64,000 nt of DNA from Yuukianura sp. NJ FZ-2021 (taxonomy: Eukaryota), in NCBI GenBank assembly GCA_046563655.1, contig CM102290.1, positions 2,542,001 to 2,606,000 of the forward strand. The letters run 5' to 3'. The number at the start of each line of letters is the position of its first letter. Position 1 is the first letter of the stretch. The notes beneath the pieces are model-generated. The model made no database searches and was not told where the DNA came from. It saw only the letters and a list, made by a program, of their open reading frames with translations. Positions 51,648 to 64,000 of the stretch are shown here, piece by piece. The position numbers and the translations under genes were made by a program.

Positions 51648-54600
51648 GTAAGTTTTAGTCTCTCTCTTCAAACTTTGTCATCCTTCCAAAAAAAGCAAAA
51701 GTTAACTTTTGTATTCTCCGCTGAACCAAAAAGTAAGCAAAGCCAAGAAAGCAAAGGAAGTCAAAGACTTTCTCCTGCAGAAAGAAAGACTTTCTCCCAA
51801 ATGAATTTGAATTCAGGCGTCACGAGGGAAACGCCCGAGGAAGATGAGGTGGGGCTCAGTGGGACATCAAGAGTTTTTGGGGAGCTTACAATTTGTGTCT
51901 GCCACTTTATTTGCTCAATATTAGGCTGAATCCTATGGAGTAAAAAATTGTAGTTGTTCAAGAATAAGTCCCGCTGTGCTTTCTCTTTTTCTAAAACCTT
52001 CCAAGCCCTCCGCCCAACCCTGCTTGAGTCAAGAAAAAAAGAAAACCTTGCCCAACTTTTTTCTCGTAAACTCCAAATACTAAAAAACAAAACAAGAAAG
52101 CACGTTTCGTGGACACGGACTTGGGAGTCTTAAAGACTTTCACTAAATTTGCTCGTTAAAAGTGAATAATCAGCCTATGGCAACTAAACGGAAACGTGTA
52201 GGAGACTTTTAGTTCCTTTCTAGTACGTTTTCCCTCCTTTTTTAGAAAGTCTAAAAAGCTAACTGGAGTAGCTCATTAGGCCCTAACACTCAATTGACTT
52301 CCAATTGACTTTCTTTCCTCTACATTAAAATCAAATAAATCAAGGGAGAGGGGGGCCCTTTGCCTGGCCTATGATAGGTACAGCGTTCGACATGCGGGGG
52401 GAACTGTGAGTCTGAGTTGTTAGGTTCTAAAATCCTTTTGTCTTTTAAAGGGAGAGAAAAGCAAGGCTTTCTAATTGAAAGGCGAGGGAAAATTTATGGG
52501 GCAACTTTTATTTGGATAGAGAGTGAATAACCCGGGTTGTCTTGGCTGTTTTCTCCTTGGCTAAATTTTGGCTAAAAACTTTCCCTCCGTTAAGCTCTGT
52601 GTTTGGTAGTCTAGGTCTCTGGCTGTATAAATTCATGGGGGTTATGCGGCCCAAGCCTCAGTGGTTAGCCCATACTTTCTCTAACCTAACTAAAACCTAC
52701 TTTTCCTCCAAAACGTAGTGGTTGATGGTGGTAAAGGGATAGACCTTAGTGCCAAAAAAAGAAGTTTTTAGGCGGGAGAATAGGAAAGGAGAATGTCTAT
52801 GAGTGAACTATTGGCGTCTAGGGACCTATTCCTCAATATCTCAAATAATGAGGACTGCAATAGACTAGGCAGAAAGTCAGAATTTAATAAACTTTCACCC
52901 TCTTTCATCAAATTCTAATCACTTTTTCAGAACTGTCTCTCCTGTCCTTTTTTCAAATTAAAATTCAAGCTATCCACTGCTTCGCGCCACACAAAAGTTG
53001 GTCTGAACCTAACGCAGGCCTACTTTCTCCAAGGCATGCTTCAGTCGAGAAAGTTTCCAAAAGAGGTTTTTCAAAAGTTAGAAATTTTGAAGGTTGGAAT
53101 ATGTTAAGTCCTGGAATGACGTAAATGTTCAGTTATTCCAAAGGATATAAAACTCAAAATGAGAATCCAATCACTTCATTTCTTTTTTGAAGGCCAAAAT
53201 TCATGTACGGCCAGTTTCTTATTTTTTTCTTGCCGAGAGAAAGGTGTTGTAAAAACGAAAGAAAGCATTTTTCGTGGACTCGTAAATTTCTCTGTAGGAG
53301 TACAAAAAACAGGGAGCCTTGATCCTTATTCCAAATGGAACTTCAATTTTATGTCCCTACATTTTTGACCATAAATAAGACCACTTTTACCACTACAAAA
53401 AATGTGCAAAAGTGAAAGTCAGTTTTGGTAAGTTGGACATATTTGAGTTGTATATTCTACACTTTCCTCGCAAAATTCCCAAGCTTTGTAAGTAGATTTT
53501 GAGAGTTATGCATTACCTATGACAGCGTTGAACTAACTGACAATTTCAAGTTTTTCAAATTTTGATGTCATTTTACAATTTAATCCTGAGCATTAGTTTT
53601 TGTTTTTCGAACTCTTTACTCAGAATTATACCACAATTTCAGATGTTTTTTTTAGAAGTTTTAGGTTATCCTCTTCTTATAAAAATTCTTTTAAAATATG
53701 TTTTTGAAAAAGTTTTGTGGGCTATGGCCATGAGAAAGACTATTCGACAGATTTGTACTTTTTTCGAAAGCGTTTGAAAATTCAGGGGAGAGAGTGGTTG
53801 ACAGGGCCGCGTCCTTTGGCCTCTTTTATTTTCCACTCCAATCAACTTGACTTGTTTTGCGACGTCTAATAGGGAAAAGGCTGGAGACGGTTCCAGTTCC
53901 AGCCAGAGTATAATTTTTCTTGACACAATCCTAACGATGCCATGGCGGCAAGTTAAAGGCTGCTCCTCTTCATCATTCCCTCATCCACTTTCTGTGTGTG
54001 TCTTCCTGCCCTACAACTACCAGATCAAGTGTCTCACTGCTGCTGCAGTGACACTGCGCCGAAACTGTCTGCCGGACCTACAGAACCAGTAGCAGCATCA
54101 ACCATAAGTGGCGGCGGCAGCAGTGCCATGAACCAAAGGGACTTTTGATTGGGAGGAAATCGTACCAACGGATGACTTGACTTTCAAATTAGAACTGCAC
54201 AGCATTGCTGTTCTACACCACAATGCAGCTGGAAAAGGCGTTGACTCTTGGAAATTCCCGGAAAATTTACAAAATTTTGAGAATTTAAGTCCCCTTCGTG
54301 TCGTTCCGCTATAGCGAAATTTTTAAATTCGCATGTACTCAGTTTTGGTTTCCTAAAGTTTCCTGTTCCGCATAAGATTTTTGAAATTTTGAACTTTTAT
54401 TGAAAAAAAAAACTTGTTGAGAAAATCAAAGGGCTATTTGAAATTAGGATCTGACTTCCAGTTGTAACTTTTGAGAGAACTAGAAGGTGTTGGAAGTGAA
54501 AGTAAAAGGCTGGGAAGTTGTAGGATTTTGACGAGGGTTTTCCATTTGAAGAAAGTTTTGCCACTTTCTCCTTGTCCAAAAAGACTTTCATTCGTTCTTA

Positions 54601-57600
54601 CGAAAGTCCGTGGGCAGAAAGGTTGTTAACGTTTGGATAGAAGTAAGTGTAGTATTCTGCCAATTCAATGTCTCCTCTGCCCGTCTAAAGGTGTTACGTT
54701 CCACGTTGATGACGTGACGACAGAATTGCTTCCACCATGCACCAGTGTTACCGTAAGAACCGTTAGCTTCTATGGAATACTCGGGACTTAGTCAAGGAAC
54801 AGAACCCATTCCAAGAAGTTTACACAAGCCTTTCCAATAAAGACTTCTTCTTCGACTGGAGCTCTTGAGACAAGACTCAAGAACTTCAGAATTGGCTTTA
54901 GCAATTTCCTCAGAGATCAAAATCAACTCCTCCCAACTTCAAAATCAACACCTAGCAACCTTAACAACCAAAACCACGTCAGTTTCTGCCTCCGAGGCTG
55001 CCTTTCAAAAGAAACAGGCTTCATTTCCTCTTCAAATCATTCCCTGATACAATTTCAGTATTTTAGAGCCAGGAAATTATTAAACAACTCAATCCAAAAA
55101 TTGTTTCTGTGAATTTTTTGCCAAAATTCAGAATCTTGTAATTTAAGTTGATTTTTTGTCCAAGGTTACTTTCTTAGAAAAATGTCGAAGTGAAAGTTAT
55201 TTTTGGATTTCTGAGGTAGTTATTTTAGGTGCTTGATTTTTTTCTGTAAACTTGGTGATTGTCGTAGTCACTTGTGCCTAACCTATAAATACTCGTTTGA
55301 AAATGAACATGTTGTCAGTTGTCGCTGAAAGTTAGAGTGAAAAGTTTTGGTTTGTGACTGATCCACAAGTTGGATACTTTGGGTTCGAAACGTGATTTGA
55401 AGCTCGTTCTGACAAGAAAAGGAAAATGAAGGGCCTTGGAAAAAGTTGGAGCTTCTTTGAAGGGCTGCTGTCTGGGCTGGAGAAAATGTTTGCGGCGGAG
55501 CAATTTACGTCCTGGAAAAGGGCTTCTGTGGTTGTCTCTGTGATGGATGGATTCTACGTGATTCTGCTGGAAGGCTGCGTTTGGAAAGTCCACTGGCTAC
55601 TCATAAGGGCTCCCCACCAATTTGAGAAGGGCTTGTGCTGCCAAGGAGACTTTTCCTTTATAACTTGTTCCCTTGGGACTGCTTTCACTTTGGCAAAGGG
55701 ACTACCCCTTCCGATTCTGGTTTCCCATGCACTAATGAAATCCTTGTGCGTTGTTTACTAACCCGATAAGTGACTCCGAGGGATTTGACTCACTTCATCA
55801 CTTTCTCCTTGGCGCGTCGGCGCACTATTTTCTTCGATATAGAAGTTGTGTAGGGCTATTAAAGTTAGGTTATGGTATGGAGGAACTTTAAATCCTCTTT
55901 CAATTGGTTCAGAAAATTACGACAGGGAGACTACTAGGAAGACACGATTAATCACTTTCACTTTCTGCGTTGGGCCTGGAGAAAGGTTAGGTTAGAGCAG
56001 TATGTATACAGAAGGAGTATGTTAGGTTAGGCATAAATTAGTTATGGGTTAGTGTGTCATGGGAGCTGGAATTTGTTCCTTGGGCGGTTATAGTTAGACT
56101 AGTGTTACTAATTGTCCAGGACCTAAATAGGTTCTGACATGGGAAGGCATGGAGAAAATGGAAGTTTGGCGGTCCGTAAAAGTCAGTGAGGCGTTGTGTC
56201 TCTGGGTGACGATGACGACAATCTGCGGAAGCTCTTCCTCCTGCACAACAGCTACGCCTAAGGATTGAGAACCTAACGTAACTTAGCTGTTCTTGCTCCA
56301 TTGGTTTCCGATATAGTTTAAGCACAGCTAACGGAAGCAGGGGAGGCAGAAAAAGTAGAATGTCAGAACGACTTAGGAAGTTCATGCACTTAGGCTCTAA
56401 TAATGATGCCGGGAACTCTTGATGCTCCTCCATAAAAATCAATAAGAGATGGATTCACCTATTTTTAGAACACTTCCTTCTAGTTTCCTCTTCCGAAACA
56501 CACTTCCACATCAAAATATGTACCAGCTTTTTGGAGGTGTGAACTCCTTGGATAGTTTCAGTGTTGGCACTAGTGCAGAAAACAATCTAACGTAGGACAG
56601 AGACACACTGGATTCAAAAGTAAATGAAAACAGGCTTGTTTTTCTTGTAGTAAGCCTCCGACATTTTTCAATTCAACTAAAACACTCTTGTGAGACAATG
56701 GTTTTGTGTGATGCTGGTTCTGGACCCGCCCTCTCACACCGTGACGTCTATGTAACTCGTTCCTTTTTGAAATTGCAATTTGTAACTCAGAAAAGATTCT
56801 GTGAACATGACCTTTGTTGGAACGAGTTTGCCAAATAAATGGTCCAACCTAACCTAACATCTGAGGTGTTAGCCCCCCTGGGGACTTCCTTTCTGCCTTA
56901 ATTTCCAATTACCTCCACAGTTCACGTTTCACTGGGATTCTAATTCAAAATTATCAACAACACAATGTACCGTAACCAACGTGGAAATTTTGCTCACGAA
57001 GCATTTTGGAAACTTGAGGCATCCGGAGGTTAAAGTTCTTTCTTTCCACTCAATAACACCCAAACCTCCATTTCCAGCTGAGGTCACAAGACGTGACTTC
57101 TGACCCAGTTCGCTTCATTTTACTTAAGCTTTTTAAAATTCAAAATTTCGAAAAAAAATTTTTGGAAACTGAACTTCCAATGCCGTAGATGCGTCACGGT
57201 GCGGAGAAAGTTGGGCCTGGGAGTATGATACTATTATTTATTTTTGGTTGTTATGATCTATCATAGAAGAAAAATAGGATATGATTAATTTTTCATAATT
57301 TTCTCGCCTCATTCTGGAGAAAATTGGTAACAAATTGCCTGTGTGACTTTTGAAACATGTTGTATAATACTAGTTCTATGTGTTGTAGTATTTGGAAATG
57401 CATGAACTGTCTTTAATATTTCAAAGTACGAAACGTGTGATCTCCCTCTGTGACATATGCGGAGCATGTGTTGATGAAATCTGACAAACTTCTGGAAGGC
57501 ACGGGTTAGTCCCGGAGGCATCTTCTCCTTTCTTTCTTAGAGCTGGGTTGTGTGACTTCAAAATTTAGTTGGGTCGTGATGTTATAGAGTGGAAAGTTAG

Positions 57601-60600
57601 GAAAAAGTATATTTGTCAGCTACTCTATTTCTTCCAAAAGTTGGCTAAAAGTTTGTGTAAGTTAAAATGATAATAATACCCACAAACGAAATTAGAGACG
57701 GAAGATGGAAGGGGGAGAAAGTCTTTCTGGAAGAAAGTTGGGCTACGGAACGGAACTTCATTAGGCATAAAAAGAAGAGGAAGATCAGTATTCAGGATCT
57801 TCTGGAGTTCTGCGCCCCTTAATGAATGAGTTGAGCACGATCAGTCTAGGCTAGCCTAATTATTACAAACTCCATAAGTCCCCCCCCCCTTCGCTCCCTC
57901 CTTCTTTTTGTAACACAAACTTTTAGTTTCACGACTTACAATAAGTCCCTTTGGAACGACCAAAAAAAGTTACAAACATATGCTCAACCGTGAAAGTTAA
58001 GGTTCCGTGTCAAGGAACCAAAAAGATTTTGCTTTCCTAACAAACTTTCTCCAAGATTTGTTATTTGCTCATTTTCCAACAAAAATCAATTTATTTAAAA
58101 AAAATTAAATATCTACTAAGGTACTTCCTCCTTTTTCTGCAAAATGTAAATAGCACGACGTTAGTTTTTGCAAAGGTGTTGGAAGGTTGAATTTATGCGA
58201 AATTTTTGCAACATCCGGATCTCTTAGCATAGTAAGTAGGTTACACTTGTTTGTAGAGTGTGGCATGTGACTCATATCAGTTCTATTCCTTGGCAAAGGA
58301 AACGGAAGAGTGTGTACTAATAGGTATCGGGATATCTTAAGTCATCTTAAGCCTACCCACCTCTCTGACGACAACGTGGCATCGTGACCGTGTTCTAAAT
58401 ATTCACCAATTGGTTACACATAAATCAATGCAATATTTGGCTTTACTTATTTTTCAAAAGTGTTTAGTTTACAAAACTTAAAATTTTGAGCTTGTCGGAT
58501 TGATAATAGCGGGACCTGATAAATCCGTTTTCCTGTCAGGCAGACGTCCTGTTCTGTCAGGATTATTCGGAAACATTAAAAATTCACTCAATCTTGTAAG
58601 TCATTGTTCACGTAGAATTTAGCTTTGAGATGACAAGAGACCGAAGGGAAGTGGGCTTGCGCAGGAAGTCTTTGGAGAAAAGACTATGTCAAAAAATTAA
58701 AAAAAGGGTTTCCAGTGACTTCGCCTTGTACCCCGCGGTGCAGTAGGAATATCAATCACTGCCTTGGTCTTTACAGCGTCCAAGTTTCTGCGGAACCTTA
58801 AGGCTCATTTCCTTATCCAAATTCCAAAACGTAACTAAACTTACTACCGCCGTTGGCAGAGAGAAAGTTCTCAAATGACTTGTACTATTCAACCCTCGGT
58901 TTCTTCAGTTGGAAAGAGAGAGACCACATCCGAAATTCATTTCGAAGGGAAATTCTTCTTCCAGCTCCACTTTAATGATGACCATCATCAGCAGATAGAG
59001 GAGTCATTCGGCTTAGGTTCTTATAACTCTATTGCAAATTTTCTTGTAACTTTAGTACTAGTACTGGTTTGTCGGCTTCAAAATAGACTAAAACGACTAA
59101 AGAATTGGCTAGACTCCTTAAAGTTCTGGAAGTGAAAACGACTATTATACTGTATCCAGCTCTGATTTTTTTAAAGTTCTGCCTTCATCATTGCTAGAAC
59201 TGGAAGCGGCGGACGGAAGGGCTCTCTGCGTCATCCGCCGTTATCCAGACCTTCACCAAATACGGATCCAGAACTTCCCCCCCCCCTCCAGACCCCCCTC
59301 CCCCCTTCTCGAAAAAATAGGAACTTTCCCTCTACTTGTCTAACAGTCGGAGACAAATGGAGGAGTCAGGCATGTGAAAAATTTCCACTTCCTTCGTATA
59401 AACTTTATGCAACATTTCCTCTGATGGATGCTGACAACTGACTTTCTTTTTCTTGTTATAACCGTTCTGGTGAAATAAAAAAGGCTGCTTTCCAAAAGAA
59501 CCGCCTACACTCAAAAAATTCAAATAACAAAAACTTTAAGTTCCTTGCTCAAACTGTACTTGAGAAGATGTGTAGTCGTATAACAACAACTCTGTGTGTT
59601 ACGACTAGACTAACAGTAAAAACTGGAAGAAAAAAGTATTTTCGCTTCTGTTTGTTGGCATTTGGAGGTTTTATTTAATGTGGAACTCTTAGTCAAACTA
59701 ACTGTGTGTTCCTTTGCATCTTTCAGAAAGTTTCTTTTGGGATTTTTTTAAATAAGGCTTTTTGCTTTAAACAGAAAAGAACATATGCATTTAATTTATT
59801 TAGAAATTTTAGCTACGTGGGAATCCTTCAGGCTCGAAGTTTTTTGGAAGCCTTATAAGCTTAGAGTTTCATAAAAATTACACTTTTTTTCTGCATGTAA
59901 CTTCCACTTCCTCGTTAGTAATGGTTGTAGCAAAATACAATAGAAAAAAGTAAACATTGTATAAAGTCTTTTAAGCTTACGTAGCCTTTCCAAATGTGTG
60001 CTAGTATTCTGACGTCAGGGACTTCATGGTTTTGATTACGAGATTGTTTTAAATTTAGAACAACATGAGACTTGAATAAATTGTTTTGTTTATTTCAAAA
60101 ATTTGGCGAGTTCACGTCAACTGTGTCTGCCGCGTGATTTCAACTCAGAAAGTAACGCTTTCTCCTTCAGAGAAAATTTGAGTTTGAGATTCTGTTTAGT
60201 TCGTAACGTTTTTTTCAAGATACGATTTTCCGAAATGTTGGAGATTTACACAATTTGGACCGATTTCCTGTTGCGTTGTTTCCCGTTCGAGTTTTAGAAA
60301 GGTGAAATTGAGAGAATCGCTGGAAACAATTTTATGTCTAGTAACACTGTAGGAGAAATTGTTATGGTTAAGGTAGTTTAGGTACTAAATCTTGGGCAAC
60401 AGAGCATAATCAGCGATCTTTTAGACTTATTGCTCATTCCGGTTCTGGAACCTAAACGCTTCCAGCCTCAAAGTTTTTAGAACTTTTGTGACCAGCGTAG
60501 GCGATTTGTCCGGACGTTAAATGGCAGCGAGCTACAAAACGTAAACCAGAATTGTTGTAATTTTAGAATTTTAAGAAGTAGTAAAGTGGACCATGTAGGG

Positions 60601-61963
60601 AGTTCAACACAACATAGCCTAAGAGACACTTTTGATAGGATGGTATAACCTAACCTATTTCCAACACCCAATTAGACGAGAGACTCAACTCCCAGAAAAT
60701 TGTTCATGTTTTAAGGATCCTAATGTCGTTAAGATATTATCAGCCAAAACTAATTTTCTCTGTTTTCTCTTCTGGAGAAAGTAAAGAACTTTTCGTTTGG
60801 TCTTACATACTACAGTAAACTGGAGGAAAAGAGAGAGAAAATGGCTAGGTTGAAGAAGCGGGAAAGTTTGAAAGTTCTTTTCCCAGTTTTTCCTTCTTCT
60901 TGTTTTGTCAGGAAGTGTGAAACGTAAGAGTCTAACTGGAAGTCTCTAGAACCATTTGAAGAAACCTCTGTTACCAATAGTAGAAACAAGAAAAGATGAA
61001 AATGATTTCATGTAAAAAGTTTCACCTCCTTCTTCAACTAAAGGCTACTTTGCTTTCACTTCCAACTTTTCGTTTTTCTCCCTATTTTCTTTTACTTACT
61101 CCCTTCAAACAATGCAATGTATTGGAATGGAAGTGTTTTTTTTTTTTCAAACAAACTTTTCCCTTTAATGTCACACTTCAATGACCAGGCCTAGTCGCAC
61201 ACTAAAAACAACTTTCTGAAACTATCGTCTGACTCGTCAATGTCAAATTAGTTTCGTAACTTATTTTCATGTGTGAAGTTTTGTTTTGGTTAAATAAGAA
61301 ATGTTATGAAGAGCCGAATTTTTTGTGCTAAATTGTGAATTTGTTTGAAATTTTCAAAATAATTACTAACAATAATGTAGGATTGGAGATCTGTGGTTGC
61401 ATTGATTCTACAGAGAGCTGTTTTAAATTTTCGAATGTTAAATTTTCGTATCCACTTGCTTTCAAGGTCACGTGGTTGACGTTGCAGTTGACGAAGATTG
61501 AATCCTGTTATGTATGTGTTGTAGGTGTTTGTGTGTAACAAGTGCTGTTAAAAATGACTTGTTTCACTTTTTTTCTTGAGGATGGAGAAAGGGAAGCGGT
61601 GAAGTGAAAATGCCAAGCAAAGTATCGTCGTCGTTGATCTTGATCCCACAGGGTTTTAGAAGGCCATGGATGTGTGACGTAGGAAGTCTTAAAATATTTT
61701 TTTTAACGTGGAGTGTGAAAATTGAGGCCAAGGATATGTATACATAGACACCGTTGCTTACTCAAAACACTACACCTCTGGATCCCGACACATGAGGCAG
61801 TGTTTGACGCGGGATAAATATTTGGAAATTGTTTCACCGTTGTGCCGTTGTTCTCGAAAGACTTTCACAAATCCATGGCAACAGTGTTTGTCCATGGTCA
61901 AGCCCTTAAACGGCCTGACCATGGACAATGGAGAAATGGGCCTTAAAGGAAGACTAGTAACGC

Positions 61964-62192
61964 CATGGTTCATAAACAAGAAGAATATTTTTTTCTACAC
62001 CAGGTTGTCCAATAACTCGATGTTTTTTTTTCATGTTGTTAAATTCAAAAACTTTTTTTTTCCTATGGTAATTATTTTCATGCAAAGCAATTGGAGTTGA
62101 GAAGAAAAATTATTTGAAGCAACATTTTTGCAAAACCCGAGTTATTGGACAACCTGTTGTAGGAAATAAAATTCGGTTGTCAAGGAACCTTG
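61964..62192. mobile_element. MITE-like non-autonomous element, copy A (in Shal intron)
   Basis: Imperfect ~55 bp terminal inverted repeats, CA(T)GGTTC...CAGGTTGTCCAATAACTCG / CGAGTTATTGGACAACCTG...GAACCTTG. AT-rich non-coding interior. A second copy lies ~1 kb downstream. Confidence 0.65.
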
Positions 62193-63054
62193 AATAACAC
62201 CAACCACGAACCTCTTATTCTTATTTTCTGCTTACATCTTGAACATTTTTCTAGTCTTTGGACTTGGAGTAAGTTGGGGCGAGGAATAAAGGAAAAAGAA
62301 GATTGTCCATGAATTATGCAGGGCTCTCAACTTTCACTTTATAAATTATGAACTTTTGTATAATCCTCAAACAAAATACATCCGGAGTTGTTAGTACACT
62401 TCCTATGGCTATGTGAGTATGTTATGGTACGAAGTTTTATAGGCCATTTACGCCGTGCATACACTTTCTTTGACTTTCACTTTTCTTTTCTGGCTTTTCT
62501 GTAAGTTATGTTACGTTTTTCTTAGAGTAAAGCTTATGTACGTGGACTTTCGACAGGGAAATGGGATTAACCTTTAGAAGGTAATACCCCATAATCAACG
62601 TGATAATTAGAGACTAGGAAGGCGGAAACTTGATTTTAAGAGGTCAGGCACAAATCCTGCCTTGGAGGTCTGGACGACCACCGCCTACGTTGTAACCTGT
62701 GCACGTTCTGGATGGAACTCTTAAAGCTAAGGCCTGACAGCAGTCGTGGAACTGTCGCCAGGGACTCCGCAAACAACTCTTCCTACCTCCACTTTGTATT
62801 CAAGGATAGGGACTTAGGGAGTTGTTGAAAAAAAAAGTAAGCTAGGGAAAGAGAAAAGAAAACGGAAGCTAAGAAGTAGCGGATATTCAGGAGCGGATCA
62901 ATCATTTTCTGCGAAATATGCACGACGTCTTAATGGATTACATTCGAGAGAAGGAAATACACCGTTCGCTATAGAATTGGCGTTGAACACATGTTGAGAC
63001 TTAGATTCATGCCTTATCGTAGTAAGATGGTGTAGTTTCCAACTCTGAAAAAAC

Positions 63055-63341
63055 CAAGGTTCGTAAACAAAAGAAAACTTTTTCTACAACAGGTTGTCCA
63101 ATAACTCGGAATTTTCAATTTTTTTCAAAAATGAAACAGATTGAACTTCAAGTCCATTTCTATAGCAATTTTTATTTATTTTTTTTATTCCTATGCGATT
63201 TCAAGTGTTCAAAGTTTGGAGAAAACTGGGGAAGCATAAACAAAATTAGTGCAGAAATTTGTTTCAAGTAGGGGTTTTGGAAACCCTGATTTATTAGACA
63301 ACCTGCTGTAGGCAATACAATTCGGTTGTCAAGGAACCTTG
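63055..63341. mobile_element. MITE-like non-autonomous element, copy B (in Shal intron)
   Basis: Starts CAAGGTTCGTAAACAA...CAGGTTGTCCAATAACTCGG and ends TTATTAGACAACCTG...ATTCGGTTGTCAAGGAACCTTG. Same termini as copy A, different interior. Confidence 0.65.
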
Positions 63342-64000
63342 AAAAGAACATCAACAGCTTCCATTGCCTTCTTTACTTTGTTGGTTTCACTGAAAAATCT
63401 ATCCAAATTTTGAATAATAATACTGCGCGAGATTGTTCAATTTTGAAATTTTTTTTTTGAGAGATGTTGAGGATGCGGATGCTGGAAGCACTTTCTTTCT
63501 TTCTGTCTGTAGTAGTACTAATATAGGTACTAGTATACCAGCCTATTGATTATTTGCCATCCATTTGAGAGGAGAGACCACAGTTTGTGGCACAAAGTTC
63601 AAAAACCTTGTTTTTTTCCTATTTACGTTGTTATGCGCCTAGAAAAAAAATGGTTATGAGGCTTTATGTAACATACTTTGAAAAAGAGGAATTTGCATAG
63701 TTCCTCATGAAATTTTTTGAACGCGGGAAGGTAAAAAGTGTCGTTTGGCCCATATCTAGTTCAACCTCATTTTCGCCGCTGTTGTTTGCTATGTCATTTA
63801 TCCTTGTCGATCCTTGCCAAGTCGAGAGCACTTCAAAGGCTGCAGGCGTGACATTCACTAAAACACACCTTTACAAACACCAACACACAGTCCTTCACAA
63901 CCTCTAGAGATTCCTCTAAAAAGAACAAAATGTTAAAGTGATGTAGTGTACGGTTAAACTAAAATCCTTCACTTGTGAGGTCAAACAAGGTCAAATTGGT

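Noticed and set aside
23445..56860. Scattered TTAGG/CCTAA dimers (e.g. ~23449, ~52681, ~55984, ~56847)
   Set aside because: Only 2-3 units each; not an interstitial telomeric array.
59277..59305. Poly-C runs (potential G-quadruplex on the minus strand)
   Set aside because: Simple homopolymer tract with no evidence of function.
51651..64000. Numerous 60-134 aa ORFs after the Shal exon (possible nested gene)
   Set aside because: No protein motifs or coherent exon chain. Consistent with chance ORFs in a long intron, and a long intron at this position is normal for Kv4 genes.
1..64000. Prokaryote-type systems (CRISPR arrays, operons, defence islands), tRNA/rRNA genes, autonomous transposons
   Set aside because: The sequence is intron-containing eukaryotic DNA. 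I saw no repeat-spacer array, cloverleaf, rRNA, transposase or reverse transcriptase ORF, though ncRNAs could be missed by eye.

Overview
Eukaryotic, AT-rich, gene-dense genomic DNA with mostly ~55-90 nt GT-AG introns. It is most consistent with a compact-genome arthropod (springtail/insect-like; inference). I reconstructed eleven spliced protein-coding genes by eye: EXD1-like piRNA pseudonuclease (-), V-ATPase subunit G (+), GDPD1-like phosphodiesterase (-), Nse4/EID3-like kleisin with a long repetitive N-terminal extension (-), CHCHD1/mS37 (-), DIDO1/PHF3/PPS-like PHD-TFIIS-SPOC protein (-), KChIP (-), FGD-family RhoGEF (-), CNBP-like CCHC/RGG protein (-), a REXO4-type DEDDh exonuclease (+), and the first coding exon of Shal/Kv4 (+), whose next intron runs past the window end and carries two MITE-like copies. 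The most striking observation is that the REXO4-like gene begins with a zinc-knuckle exon that looks like an inverted copy of the first coding exon of the adjacent, divergently transcribed CNBP gene. It has the same AAAG-ATG start context, the same phase-0 intron inside the knuckle and largely silent or conservative changes, which suggests a chimeric CCHC-exonuclease gene made by local exon shuffling. Second, the Kv4 pore subunit and its KChIP accessory subunit lie only ~22 kb apart. Exon boundaries were read manually and are unverified by RNA data.
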